Below are positions 11,586-23,257 of a DNA stretch of 64,000 nucleotides, piece after piece. Location of the stretch: positions 224,001 to 288,000 of the forward strand of contig CAWJTV010000036.1 in the NCBI GenBank assembly GCA_963845755.1. The letters are read 5' to 3'. The DNA comes from an uncultured Planctomycetota bacterium (GTDB lineage Bacteria; Planctomycetota; Planctomycetia; Isosphaerales; Isosphaeraceae). The translations under genes were made by a program, and so were the position numbers. A model generated the notes under the pieces. It was not told the origin of the DNA. It did no database searches and worked only from the letters and a program-made list of their open reading frames with translations. How positions within the stretch are numbered: the stretch's first letter is position 1; each line of letters begins with the position of its first letter.

Positions 11586-12422
11586 GCGGCCCTTCGGGGC
11601 GAGGATCGACGCGCCCTCCTTGACACGACCATCCAGACTCGATCGACTCAAGAGCGCGAGTCGGAAGGAAAGCCTGAACCGACTTCTCTCCGAGTTCCGA
11701 TTGAAGTTCGCGACGAGCTTCTCCTTGGTCGAGTTCAAGGCGACAATCATTCAAGAGTGTATCACGATCCATAATCAACTGCGGGTGAAGGGTGCTCGTT
11801 TCACAAGGGTCAGGGATATGCTCATGGAGAAAGACCATCGACAATTCAGCTTAAGAGCACATATATTTAATAATTATATCAATGTCTTTGCTCCGTCTTC
11901 GTTCGATATCACACCGCAAGAGGACGAGGAGTTGGCCGAGCAGGCGAGGTTGCTCCTGGAGAATCAGATTCCCCTGCTATACGAGTGGTTCGTCGCCGAT
12001 AGCGCAGACGCGGTGTTGACGGATAGACTGAAGTGCGACCTGCCCGTGAGGCTCCGATCAAGAAGTCCGTTACGTTTGATACCAACCTTCCAAGTGCCGT
12101 CGGGGGAAGAACAAGACCTGTCGAGTCGAACAGCTCATCAGGGAGGATGGCCAGAGTCTGATCGAGGGGCTCCGACCGTTCTTGGGGGAATCGGAACAGT
12201 TGTCGGGATTCGTAGACGTGTTTGAGCGGGTTATTCGAGATTCCGCCGCTCGAGCTCAGCGTGGACGATTGTCGGCGGGCGGGGGACTGCCTGATCGCTC
12301 TTGAAGGTGCAGACTCTGCCACGCACGCTCTTTCGAGCAATCGACGCGAATGGAGGCCCATCTCACACGCTGTGGGCTTCGAGTTTGTCCATGTTACGTA
12401 TCCCGAGGAGCGGACCCGTTGA
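11582..12422 (+). CDS. PIN-like nuclease domain protein (frameshifted)
   Basis: N-terminal LLDTTIQ, central SLVEFKA and C-terminal AGDCLIALE...ALSSNRREW match the PIN D/E/D/N layout once frames are joined. Confidence 0.55.
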
Positions 12423-12525
12423 AGGTCGTCGGCACATGACCTGGCGCCACGATCCGCGTTTGATGGACCGAATCGGCTGCCAGGATTGGGGCGAATCCGG
12501 GATGCCGGAGTCATCGAGACGCCCG

Positions 12526-15500
12526 CTATCGAGGCCCGCGGAGCGGATCTTCGGGTTTGAGCGACTGTCGCAGTTCGGCGACCCCCCTGTTCTTGAAGTC
12601 GATGCCGAACAGGGTGAGGAGGAGATCCAGTAATGGGGGGAAGTACTCGTCCTCGCGACGGAAGTCGGCGAACACTTTCCCTCTCATTAAAGGAGGTAAC
12701 GATGTCCGTTCGTCGCCTTCCAAGAGCAACGGCAGCACGGTCGCCTTGTGTTGCTGGGTCCCTGTGTATCGGAGGTTGATGAGATCTACTTCCGTCGCGA
12801 CCACCCGCCCGGTCGTCGGATCTTTGTTCTCATATTTCTCGCGGTAGCGAGGTGTCCCGACCGCGATCACGAACCTCTTGGGTATCCTCCAGTAAACTGA
12901 GGAATCGCGCAATGTCCGACCCGATCGACGCATTGTCCCAGCGGTCGAGGACGACCTCGACACCGGCGTTGTGGAGATCGCGTGCCAGCTTCTTCTCGAC
13001 CCATTGCTCGTGTTCCCGCACGCCCCAGGCATAGCTGATGAAGCAAGCGGGGCGATCGTTCCGGGCGAGGGATTTGACCGCCCTACCGCGCCGCCTCATA
13101 CCGGGTCCGCAGGTCGGCAGTGGCACGCTCCTGCTCAACCTCCACGCGGTCGATCCGAGCCGATGTGATGACTTCTCCAACGCCTGCGAGACTGACCTTC
13201 TTTCCGCACTCGCTACAGAACATGTCTGGACGGTGCTCGCGGATGCGTCGGACAACCTCCTCCCGTTTTTGCCGGTAGCCGCATCCTCGCTTACGGCAGA
13301 TGACTGGCGGATACCGAATGATCTTGACCCGACGTCGGGTCAGGAACCGCTCGAACAGCCCCTGAAAGAGAAGCCTTGTATGCGAAACGACATGCTTGGC
13401 GTAGTACAGGACGAACTCAACCTCACCCTCGATTCCCCTGGCTACCTGCCGGAAGCCGCAAACCTCATGCTCGCCGAGCACGTACTGTGCCTGGTCCTGC
13501 CACTGATGGGTTCGCGTGAAGACGTTTGTGTAGCCTAACAGCACAACCAGAGCGGCGTAGGCGTTCTCCACCTCCCCGGACACCTCATACGATACATCTT
13601 CTTCCAGCTCCACCCCGCCATCGATCTGCGGCCGTTTCTGGTTGATCAACTCGGGGAAGATGAGGTACGTCGAGGCCCCTTCCTTCTCCCGGAAGCAGAG
13701 GTTGTGCCCCAGGAAGAGCGTCGTGGTTGCGTCGAGGAGAATCCGGCAATCCCGATCGCTCAACCCTTTCAATTCCTGGAAAGGATAATCGCCCTTCAGG
13801 AGGCGTCCTTCGTCGAGCGAGCCGAGCCCTTTGGGATTGCGGCGTGCTTCCAACACAATGGAAGAGGCGAGGTTGTTCGAGAGCTTAGAAGCGAGCAGAA
13901 TGCTTTGCTCGCCGGTGGACGTGCGGATCACACAGACGTAGCCGTAGTTGGCCAGATGCCCTACGGCCGTCATCATCTCGTCGTCGCTGAATTCCCAGTT
14001 TGTGTCGGTCTCCTCGAGCCGCCGGCGCAGCTCGGGCGGATCGAAGAGCGATTCCGTTCTCGTCGGGTCCTCCTTCGAGCGGAGCACGAAATCCTTGATG
14101 CGCTTGAACGTGTCGGTTGTGACCGTGGGAGGCATGTCCTCCCAGCCGACCAGCTCTTTGGCCCGCTCGACCAGTTCGACCAGCCCGTCGCCGCGCTTGG
14201 CGCTCGGTGCCGACGTAGCCTCCATCAATGCCACGGGTACGGCAATAATCGTCGATCTCCTCCAGGGTCAGGCTCGGGTCACCGACGTCGAGCCGAGCGC
14301 AGACCAGGATTGTGCGGCACGTTGGCGGCCATGGGCCAGCGCCTTGAGCCAGTAGTCGACCCCATGGAGCGGTTCCTGGCGGTTGGCGGCGTTGAACAAG
14401 ACTAGGGCCAAGTTCGCGTCGTCGAGGAACAGAGTATGGATCAGCCGGTAGTCCGGCTGACCGGCAAGGTCCCATAGCACCGCTTCGCAATCAGCCCCGT
14501 CCGATCGTCGATGCTTCCACTCATCCAGCACCCAGAACTGCTGGCCATGCGTCGAGGGATGTTCTTTGAACTTGTCATGTGCCAGCCGCCACCCAAACCC
14601 CGTTTTGCCGACGCCCGAGTCGCCGACCAGCACGATCTTCGCCGTGATGTGGTGTACGGCACGCGCCGAGCAGTGCGGCCAATCAGGGTTTTCGGGTCGT
14701 AGTCCCAGATCTGGATCTTGTTCCCATCTCTCAAGGAACGATCGATAGTCACTATGGTGGGGGACCGCGGGTTGAAAGCCGGGTACCCAAGCCCATTGCC
14801 AGCCCATGGTAGGCCTGTCACGGTTTGCCAGGACTCGCGTAGCCACAGCCGGACCGTCTGGTCGGAAGAGGCCGAGGCGAGAACTCGGCCGTCGGGAGAC
14901 CACGCGACGCTCGTGACGGGGTCGGAGTGCTCCCTCCAGAGTGCAGATCGGCCGACAACTAGGTGCCTGCCACAACCGCACCGTTTTGTCGTCGGACGCC
15001 GATGCGAGGCTGAGTCCGTCAGGCGACCATGACACGCAATTGACATCACCAACGTGGTCCTCCAGGGTCCGGATCGCTCGGCCGCTCGATGCCTCCCACA
15101 GCCGCACCGTGTTGTCTCTGGACGCCGAGGCAACTGTGAGTCCGTCTGGCGACCACGACACGCCGAATACAACCCCAGCGTGGCCCTTGAGGGTTCGGAT
15201 CGCCCGGCCGCTCGATGTCTCCCACAGCCGCACCGTCTTATCTCTGGACGCCGAGGCAATTGTGAGTCCGTCTGGCGACCACGACACTCCAAAGACACTG
15301 TCGGCGTGGCCTTTGAGGGTTCGGATCGCCCGGCCGCTCGATGCCTCCCACAGCCGCACTGTCCGGTCGAAGGACGCTGAGGCGATTGTGAGTCCGTCTG
15401 GCGAGAACGCCACGCAGCAGACGGGTCGGAGTGCCTCTGGAGGGTCCGGATGGCCCGGCCGCTCGATGCCTCCCACAGCCGCACCGTCCGGTCGAATGAG

Positions 15501-15724
15501 GCCGAGGCCAATGTGAGTCCATCGGGTGACCACGCCACGCTGGTGATATCTCTACGTGTGCCGCGGAGGGTGTGGCGGAGCGTGAAAGTGGGCGGCGTGG
15601 AATCTGTCTTGATCTTCTTGGCGTGGTTGGGTTGTCTCTCTCCTCGATTAGTTCCTCCAATCCACGGTGGAATTGTCGGCCTTCTGCTCTCAGTCTCCGC
15701 AATGTCTCTTCGAAGGTTCACCAT
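12526..15724 (-). CDS. WD40-repeat / Roc small GTPase / COR / Zn-ribbon / TIR(SEFIR) multidomain protein (frameshifted)
   Basis: About 6 WD40 units (GH..V..VSWSPDGLTIASAS.D.TVRLWE); Roc KIVLVGDSGVGKT, STHG, WDLAGQ; CRKRGC...CSEC; TIR CFISYAW...LARDLHNAGVEVVLDRWD...ATEVDL. Confidence 0.85.
14850..15545 (-). repeat. Near-identical 126-bp WD40 tandem repeats
   Basis: CGGATCGCCCGGCCGCTCGATGCCTCCCACAGCCGCAC recurs near 15070, 15196, 15322 and 15447. Confidence 0.9.
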
Positions 15725-15946
15725 GGTCTCCCAGGCGTGCATGCTTACATCGCAATGGTATCCGAGCCGGACTCGGGTAACCAGCAGGGGACCGGCTGGC
15801 CGAAGAATGCGTGGAGATTGCCCTGGGGGTGGCCGGGAGTCAACCCGGCCGTTACTCTGGTGAGTCATGTAGATCAGGCTTTCCAGCCTGACAAAACTCG
15901 GCGCAGGCTGGAAAGTGAGTACAGTTCGTACCGAGGGAGAGGATTC

Positions 15947-18554
15947 ATGGCGTGGCGAATCTGGGGGATCGTGTGTGTGCTGGCATGGGCATCTGAGACA
16001 GGGGCGGCCGATCCCCGGCAAGTGGCCGCGCAACAACCGCCGGCCCAGGGCAAGAGCGCGGCCGAGCATGCGACCGTCGAGGGCGATCAAGCCCGGGCCG
16101 GATCGGCGGCTGTGATGGGCAAGGAGCGCATCACCTGGCCGGGCATGACCCGCGAGGGGACCGTCCTGCTGCCCAACGGCTGGTCGCTCAAGCCGGCCGG
16201 GCGTCAGACGAGGCTGGGAGACTTCCCGGTGCAGATCGCGCTCCATCCGAGTCGGCCGATCCTGGCGATCCTCCACGCCGGCTATGGCGAGCATGAGGTC
16301 GTCACGGTGGATGGGTCGAACGGGAAGGTGCTCGGCCGGGTCGCGCTGCCCGGGACGTTCGCTGGTCTGGTCTGGTCGGCCGATGGCAAGCAGCTCTTCG
16401 CCGGCGGCGGGTTCGATGACGTGATCTATCGGTTCGACCATGCCGATGGGCTGCTGTCGAAGAAGACCGTCTTCAAGTACCTCGATGTCAATGTGTTTGT
16501 GGCGCCACGAAACCCGCCCGAGGGCGAGCCGGCCAAGAAACCCACGCGGACACCCGCCGGGCTGGCGGTCACCCGGGACGGCAAGACGGTCTACGTCTCC
16601 GCCGCCTTCGGCCACTCGCTGGGGCGGTTCGACGCCCAGTCGGGGGCCTGTCAGGGCGAGATCGCCCTAGGGGCCGACAGTTATCCTTATGGACTGGCGC
16701 TTGATGAGTCGCGCGGACGGTTGTACGTCGAGCCTCTGGAACAAGGCCGCCGTCGCGGTCGTCGATACCGCGTCTTTCAAAGTCGTCGGGACCTGGCCGA
16801 CCCAGGAGCATCCCAACGAGATGGTCCTGGCGCGAAAGGGGAAGGTCCTGTACGTGGCCAACGCCAATCGCAACACGGTCACAGTGATCGACACCGAGGC
16901 CGGCAAGCCGATCGAGACGATCGGCACGGCCATCGACCCGAAGGCTCCCTCGGGGAGCACGCCGAACTCGCTGGCACTCTCGCCCGACGAATCGATGCTG
17001 TTCGTCGCCAACGCCAATACCAATAACCTGGCGGTCGTCAACGTCAAACAACCCGGGGCCAGTGCCCCGCTGGGTTTCATCCCGGTCGGCTGGTATCCCA
17101 CGTCGGTCCGGGTCGCCCGCGACGGCAAGACCCTTTACGTGACTAATGGCAAGGGCTCGACTTCGAAGGCCAATCGCGACGGCCCGAGGCCGGGCTTCCC
17201 CCGCGCCGGGGGGCCGACGATTGAGTACATCGGTGGCCTCTTCCAGGGAACGCTGTCGGTGATTCCCATGCCCACTGCCAAACAAATGGCGACCTACTCG
17301 CAGACGGTCTACGAGTGCAGCCCGCTCCGTCGGGGCGATCCGGTCGGTGTTCGCGGGGCCCTCCCCGCAGCCGGGCACCCGATCCCCGCGAAGGTCGGCG
17401 ACCCCTCGCCAATCAAGTACGTCGTCTACATCATCAAGGAGAACCGCACCTACGACCAGGTCTTCGGCGACATGCCCGAAGGCAATGGCGAGCCGGCCAT
17501 CTGCCTGTTCCCCGAGGCTGTCTCGCCCAACCACCACGCCCTGGTCCGCGAATTCGTTCTGCTCGACAACTTTTACGTCGAGAGCGAGGTCAGCGCCGAT
17601 GGCCACGAGTGGACCATGGGCGCCTATGCCAGCGACTTCGTCGAGCGGATCTGGCCGGTGGGCTATCGCGGCGACCGCCGCGTCCCCTATCCGTCCGAGG
17701 GAGGTGAAGTGTTGGAGGTCGCCAAACCAGCCGGCGGCTACCTCTGGGATAAGGCCGCTGAGAAGGGAGTCACCTACCGGAGCTATGGCGAGTTCGTCTC
17801 CAACGCACCGACGCCGAGCCAGCCCGCCACCACGCGAGTCAAGGCGCTGGAGGGCCACTTCGACCCGATGTTCCGCGGATTCGACATGGATTATCCCGAC
17901 GCCAAGCGCGCCGACCGCTTCCTCGAAGAGCTCGCCGGGTTCGAGAAGTCCGGCGAGATGCCGCGCCTGGTGATCCTCAAGCTGCCCAACGACCACACCT
18001 CGGGGACCTCCGTCGGCAAGTGGACCGTGACCGCGTGCGTCGGCGACAACGACCTGGCGCTGGGGCGGGTCGTCGAGGGCCTGAGCCAGAGCCGGTTCTG
18101 GAAGCAGATGGCCATCTTCGTGGTCGAGGACGACGCCCAGAACGGCTCGGACCACGTCAACGCCCATCGGACCGTCGCGCTGGCGATCAGCCCGTACATC
18201 AAGAGGCACTCGGTCAACTCGACGATGTACAGCACCTCGTCGATGCTCCGCACCATGGAGCTGATCCTGGGCCTCGAGCCGATGAGTCAGTTCGACGCCT
18301 CAGCCCGTCCGATGTTCGCCTCGTTCACGACTCTGCCCGACGTCGCCCCGTACGTCCACCGCCCGGCCGGCGTGGATTTGAACGCTCGCAACCGTCGCGA
18401 TGCGCCGATGGCCAAGGTCTCGCAACGGCTCAACCTCGAGATCGAGGACCGCAACGACGATATCCTCTTCAACGAGATCATCTGGAAGGCCGTCAAGGGG
18501 AAGGACTCGGTGATGCCGCCGCCGGTCCGGGCGGCGTTCGTGGTGCCGCGGTAA
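15947..18554 (+). CDS. YVTN/YncE beta-propeller plus phosphoesterase (alkaline-phosphatase-like) protein (frameshift near 16730)
   Basis: Signal peptide, LPNGWSLKPAG, LYVANAN repeats, YIIKENRTYDQVFGD, SADGHEW, LPNDHT, EDDAQNGSDHV. Confidence 0.9.
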
Positions 18555-18670
18555 TCGGTCCTAGCTCGTTGTCCGTCGCAAACAGTCATCTGCGACCTTT
18601 CGCCGATCGGGGAGATGTTCTATGATCGAGGGAGGGTTCCAGAGGATCGCTGGAGCCCGAGGAGGCTCAT

Positions 18671-18931
18671 GTGCCCCGCATTTCCGCATTCTACGGTATC
18701 GCGATCTACATGTATTATCGCGATCACCTGCCGCCTCACTTCCACGCCATCTATGGTGAGTTTGATGCGGCGGTGGCGATCGAGACGGGCGAGATGCTGG
18801 AGGGGCAATTGCCGCGGCGGGCTCGGGCGCTGGTTTCGGAGTGGACCGCGGCCCATCGGGCCGAATTGCGACAGGCCTGGGACTTGGCTCGTGCCAACCA
18901 GCCCTTACCCGCGATCGCAGGGCTGGAGTGA
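18671..18931 (+). CDS. DUF4160 family protein (HicA-like putative toxin)
   Basis: MPRISAFYGIAIYMYYRDHLPPHFHAIYGE is the typical family signature. Confidence 0.9.
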   Translation: MPRISAFYGIAIYMYYRDHLPPHFHAIYGEFDAAVAIETGEMLEGQLPRRARALVSEWTAAHRAELRQAWDLARANQPLPAIAGLE

Positions 18932-18946
18932 ATCGAGGAGATTGCT

Positions 18947-19208
18947 ATGATTCTTCGCATCCATGACGCCCGAGTCTGTGGCCCGCACTCGTTGCAACTG
19001 AGGTTCAGCGACGGAACCACCAAGCAGGTCGATGTGCGTCCATTGCTCGATGGTCCGATTTTCGAGCCCTTGCGAGATCCTGCCTATTTCGCGAGCGCAG
19101 TCCCTGGACACCATTTGCGGCACGGTCGTCTGGCCCAACGGTGCGGACTTCGCGCCGGAGGCCCTTTACGAGTTGGAGGCCGAAACGATGTCCGAGTCCG
19201 CCGCCTGA
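18947..19208 (+). CDS. DUF2442 family protein (putative antitoxin; frameshift near 19103)
   Basis: LRFSDG...VDVRPLLDGPIFEPLRDPAYF, then LDTICGTVVWPNGADFAPEALY. Confidence 0.85.
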
Positions 19209-19370
19209 CCGGGTCGCGAGGGTCGGGCTCGCTCGGTGATGCCGCCGGTCCGGGCGGCGTTCATCGTGCCGCGGTGAGCCCGGCTTGTTGACCGCCGAGC
19301 GACCTGCGAGGATAGATGTCGGGTCGAGGTTTCGGTGTCCAGCTCAACCCTTCCTTCGGGCGATGAGGGG

Positions 19371-19673
19371 ATGATTGCCTTCGAGATCGCGTTTTCGGCG
19401 GACGCCCGCGACCACCTCCGGTCGCTGAAGAAGCGCGGTCAACAGATCATCGTCGATGCCATCGCCGAGCAACTGACGCACCAGCCCGATTAGCCGACCG
19501 CTCGTCGCAAGCGATTGGAGGACAATCCGATTGCTCCTTGGGAGCTGCTGCGCATCGGGGATTTCCGCGTTTTCTACGATATCAGCGGTGACGATCAGAG
19601 GGTCATCGTGGTCGCGGTCGGTGAGAAGTCCCATTATGAACTCCGGATCGGTGGCGAAGAGATCGAGCTATGA
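19371..19673 (+). pseudogene. RelE/ParE family toxin with in-frame TAG at 19491-19493
   Basis: MIAFEIAFSADARDHLRSL...QPD*PTARRKRLEDNPIAPWELLRIGDFRVFYDI...VVAVGEK, 101 codons. Stop overlaps the antitoxin ATG. Confidence 0.8.
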
Positions 19674-19987
19674 CTGTCGTACCATTGGAAGAGACAACGC
19701 TGTCCGTGCCCGAGTTGGTCGAGCCGGCCAAGGAAGAGGCCGTCATCCTGACGCGCGACGGCCAACCGGTCGTGTCCGTCAGGGACCTATCGGGTTCGGA
19801 TTGGGAGTCCACGGCGCTGGCGAATAATTCGCGCTTCGTCGAGATCATCGAGCAATCGCGCCGATCGTATCGGGAGCAGGGAGGCATCGGCATCGAGCAG
19901 CTCCGCCGAGAACTCGGCCTGGAGACGAGCGAATGCGGCCCTGTTCCAGACGCCTGGCTTCATGTCTCCGACGACGAGGTCGAGTAA
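19670..19987 (+). CDS. Phd/YefM-like antitoxin
   Basis: ELVEPAKEEAVILTRDGQPVVSV; ATGA-coupled to the RelE-like gene. Confidence 0.75.
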   Translation: MTVVPLEETTLSVPELVEPAKEEAVILTRDGQPVVSVRDLSGSDWESTALANNSRFVEIIEQSRRSYREQGGIGIEQLRRELGLETSECGPVPDAWLHVSDDEVE

Positions 19988-20021
19988 TGACGGCCGCGGA
20001 ACTGGTGCGGGAGGCGTTGTC

Positions 20022-20823
20022 ATGAGGGGCTTGCTGGTGCGCTCGGGGGCGGCTGTGCGGCGACCTTGGTTCATCATCCTTTCGTCAATCGTGGTCGTTG
20101 TTGGAGTCGCGGCCGGGGTCAGCCTCCTTTGCTTGATCGGGATTCCCATGCTTCTTCCTCCTCCCGGCGAGATGTATCCGCGGGCCCCTGCCATGCCCCC
20201 CACGGTGCCCGAGACGGCTGGTGACTTGCTCTCGCGCTTTGAACGCATCCTGCGGGATCGCGCGCTGAAGTTCTCGCGTCCATGCAGCGCGGGCTAACCG
20301 ACGCCCGGATCGATGCTCTTCAGTCGAGGCACGGGTTCGTTCTTCCGCCCGACTTGCGGGCGCTGCTACCGCTGGCGGAATGGCAGCCCGCGCGGCAGTC
20401 GAACTCGACGTGTTCGCCGGCCACCGGTTCGTGCCGTTCGATGAGGCATTGACGGCGCGTGAGGTCATGCGGCGGCAAATCAAAGCCGCGGCTACGCGGC
20501 TCCGACGATGGGCTTACGCGACATACGTACGGCATCGCGATGGGTGGCTCGGCCTGATCGTGGACCTGGCGGGTGACGGCTACTTCTTCGATCCCGGTAG
20601 ATCCGAGGCCGAAGGCTCATTCTTCTTCTGCTTCGTCGAGGATGGGAGCTACGTGTTCTTCCCGGCCTTCCGAAACTTTCTCGCCGGCATAATCGAAGGG
20701 CACGAATCGGGCATATTGAAGTTCGGGGGCCATGGTGCCGAAACCGTGGACTTCGTCCGAGCCCGCGAGATCCGGTGCCGGTATGGCGCGGAGAATCCAC
20801 GCGACGAGGAAATCGAGCCATGA
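20022..20823 (+). CDS. SMI1/KNR4 family protein with N-terminal TM (frameshifted)
   Basis: IDALQSRHGFVLPPDLRALL...W...G and WLGLIVDLAGDGYFFD...FRNFL. Confidence 0.65.
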
Positions 20824-20937
20824 ATCGAGCGATCGCGGCGCTCGTATCGGGACCAGGGAGGCATTGGCATCGAGCACCTGCACCAAGAACTCGAACTGGA
20901 GAAGACCCCCAGGTGGGTCCATGAGGGAGGGAAACGA

Positions 20938-21598
20938 ATGTCCGTCAAGCGATTGACCGATCTGTTGATCCTGGCACTGGTGGCCTGCACTCCCCTGGCC
21001 GTGGGTGCGGCCGACGAGCCGAAGGAGGATCCTGAGCCGCCGCAAATCTTCTATCTGGAGTTCGACGGTAAGAAGGTCCCCGTCGAATTGAACAAGCCGT
21101 TTCCGACCGAAACCCTCAAAGGGAGCAAGGCCGTGACCCTGCGTGTCGAGCCCTTCCGGGTGTTTCGATATGCCGGATTGTCCTTCCAGTATCCTCGGGA
21201 GTACACCTTTCAAGCCGACCATACCAATCCCGGCGTGGCGTTGTGGACGCTCTCCGGCAGCGATTGTATGATCATGGTTCAGCGGTTCGAGGACCAGGGA
21301 GATCCCGAGGCCGTGCGACAGTTGCTGGTGGATGAACTGGCGGCCAGGTACAAGGATGCCAGGAAGAAGCAGGGTGCGATCACCTGGAAGCTCGAGGGGA
21401 CCACGCTGAAAGGGATCCGGCTCGAGGTCGAATTCGCAGGGACCACGCTCTACCAGGACCTGTACTCCTTCCGCGCGGGAAACGGCTCGGTGGTGCTGCT
21501 GGTCCAGGATTCCTTGCAGGACGACGGGAAACCGAGTGTCGAACCGAGTACGGGCCGAGACGATGCTCACGAAGACGTTGCGGCTGCCCGCCAAATGA
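20938..21598 (+). CDS. Secreted hypothetical protein (frameshift near 3' end)
   Basis: SD GGAGGG, signal peptide, DcrB/PsbP-like GLSFQYP pattern; shifted end MLTKTLRLPAK*. Confidence 0.6.
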
Positions 21599-21646
21599 GG
21601 CCAAACACCTCGGACAGGACGCCCCTGGTCTCGGCTGCCGTGAGGT

Positions 21647-22099
21647 GTGTCCATGCGAGATATTTGGTTCCGAAAGGCGAACCGGTCGAGCCTGCCGGCC
21701 AGATACCAGGTCGTCTTCTTTGTTCTGCCGATCGCGCTCATGTTCGGCTCATTCGTGCCGCTCTGGTTCCTCGCCATGGGGCTGGCCCATGCCCTGGGCA
21801 TCCCCGAGCATGCCCCCGTTCGAGAGCAACCGCTCGGCCTTTTGTGGTTCGCCCTGTTCCTCGCCATGTCGTGGATCTTCCTATTCGCCGGCCTGCTGTG
21901 CGGATTCTTGTTGAATGCGGCGATCTTGCGTCATGGCATGGGATACCCCTGGTCCGTGATTCGAGAGATCGGCGTTTGTCCGCATTGGCTCGTCAACTGC
22001 CTCGGAGGTTGGCGATCGAGCCCCACCGGGTCCAAGGATCGCAAAGGGCACGAAGACCCCATGTACGATCCCCACCTGGACGATCTGGCGCGGAGATAA
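21647..22099 (+). CDS. Hypothetical membrane protein
   Basis: Two hydrophobic helices, C-terminal PMYDPHLD. Confidence 0.55.
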   Translation: MSMRDIWFRKANRSSLPARYQVVFFVLPIALMFGSFVPLWFLAMGLAHALGIPEHAPVREQPLGLLWFALFLAMSWIFLFAGLLCGFLLNAAILRHGMGYPWSVIREIGVCPHWLVNCLGGWRSSPTGSKDRKGHEDPMYDPHLDDLARR

Positions 22100-22303
22100 C
22101 GCCCCTGGGAGGATTCCGGCGGCCCATCGACGGGATAGGACGACGAGCAGACCGTCGCCGGTCGGCTTGACCGAGACCCGCTTGCGGCTTCCCCGGACGA
22201 GCGGGACAATCATGTGTTGAACACGGCAGCTTCGAGGCCCCTGCGCATCGACCGATCCAATCGGTGGGTCGACCATGCCGGCCAATCATCCGCGAGCGAA
22301 ACC

Positions 22304-23225
22304 ATGCAGACCAATACCCTGACCGACACGACGGACGATTATCTTCCAGTGCCACGCGCCGAAGCCGCCCCGCTCGGCGCTTCGTGCGCGGCGGTCCAGG
22401 TCGATCTCGCAGGCCTGACTCATCAAGGTAAGGTCAGATCCAACAACGAGGATAACTTCCTGGTCGTCCGGTTCGGCCGGTTCCTCCAGACGATCGAGAC
22501 GAGCCTGCCCGACGGTCATGTACCGAGCGAATTCGGGGAGACGGGATATGGCCTGGTCGTCGCCGACGGGATGGGCGGCATGGCCGCCGGTGAGGTCGCG
22601 AGCCGGCTGGCCATCTCGCTCCTGGTCAACCTCGTGCTGGACACACCCGACTGGATCATGGGGTGCGACGGCTCCCATTCGGAAGAGCAGATCGCCAGGG
22701 CGGTCAAACGCTTCGAAACCGTGAATGCGTCGATCCTCGAGCAGGCCCGGCGCCAGCCGGCGCTCAGCGGCATGGGGACGACGCTGACCATGGCGTACAG
22801 CCTGGGCACGGACCTGCTCATCGCTCATGTCGGCGACTCGCCGGTCTATCTGTCTCGCGGAGGGACGTTGCACAAATTGACGCGCGTCCACACCGTGGCC
22901 CAGGAGATGGCCGACCACGAATCGATCCCCATCGAGGAGGTTCCCTCGCGATTCCATCACATGTTGACCCAGGCCATCGGCATCCGGGAGACCGGGGCCG
23001 AGCCCGACATCCGGCGACTGCCGCCTCGCCGACGGCGACCGACTCCTGCTCTGTACCGATGGTCTGACCGACATGGTCGATGACGCGACGATCGCGACTG
23101 TACTGCAAGGCAATGCGTCCTCCGATGCGGCCTGTCAGGCGCTGATCGACCTGGCCCTGGAACGCGGGGGCAGAGACAATGTGACGGTCGTCGTCGCCGG
23201 TTACCTCTTCCCTGTCGAGTCGTGA
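22304..23225 (+). CDS. PP2C-family Ser/Thr phosphatase (frameshift near 23020)
   Basis: THQGKVRSNNED, VADGMGG, MGTT, HVGDS, LLLCTDGL, GGRDNVT. Confidence 0.9.
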
Positions 23226-23257
23226 GAGGCGGGACGGTCGAACCGAGAGGAGTTGCC

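Larger units (their letters stand above)
18506..19277 (+). repeat. Imperfect ~46-bp direct repeat (18506-18554 and 19232-19277) duplicating the phosphoesterase 3' end
   Basis: CTCGGTGATGCCGCCGCCGGTCCGGGCGGCGTTCGTGGTGCCGCGGTAA versus CTCGGTGATGCCGCCGGTCCGGGCGGCGTTCATCGTGCCGCGGTGA. Confidence 0.9.
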
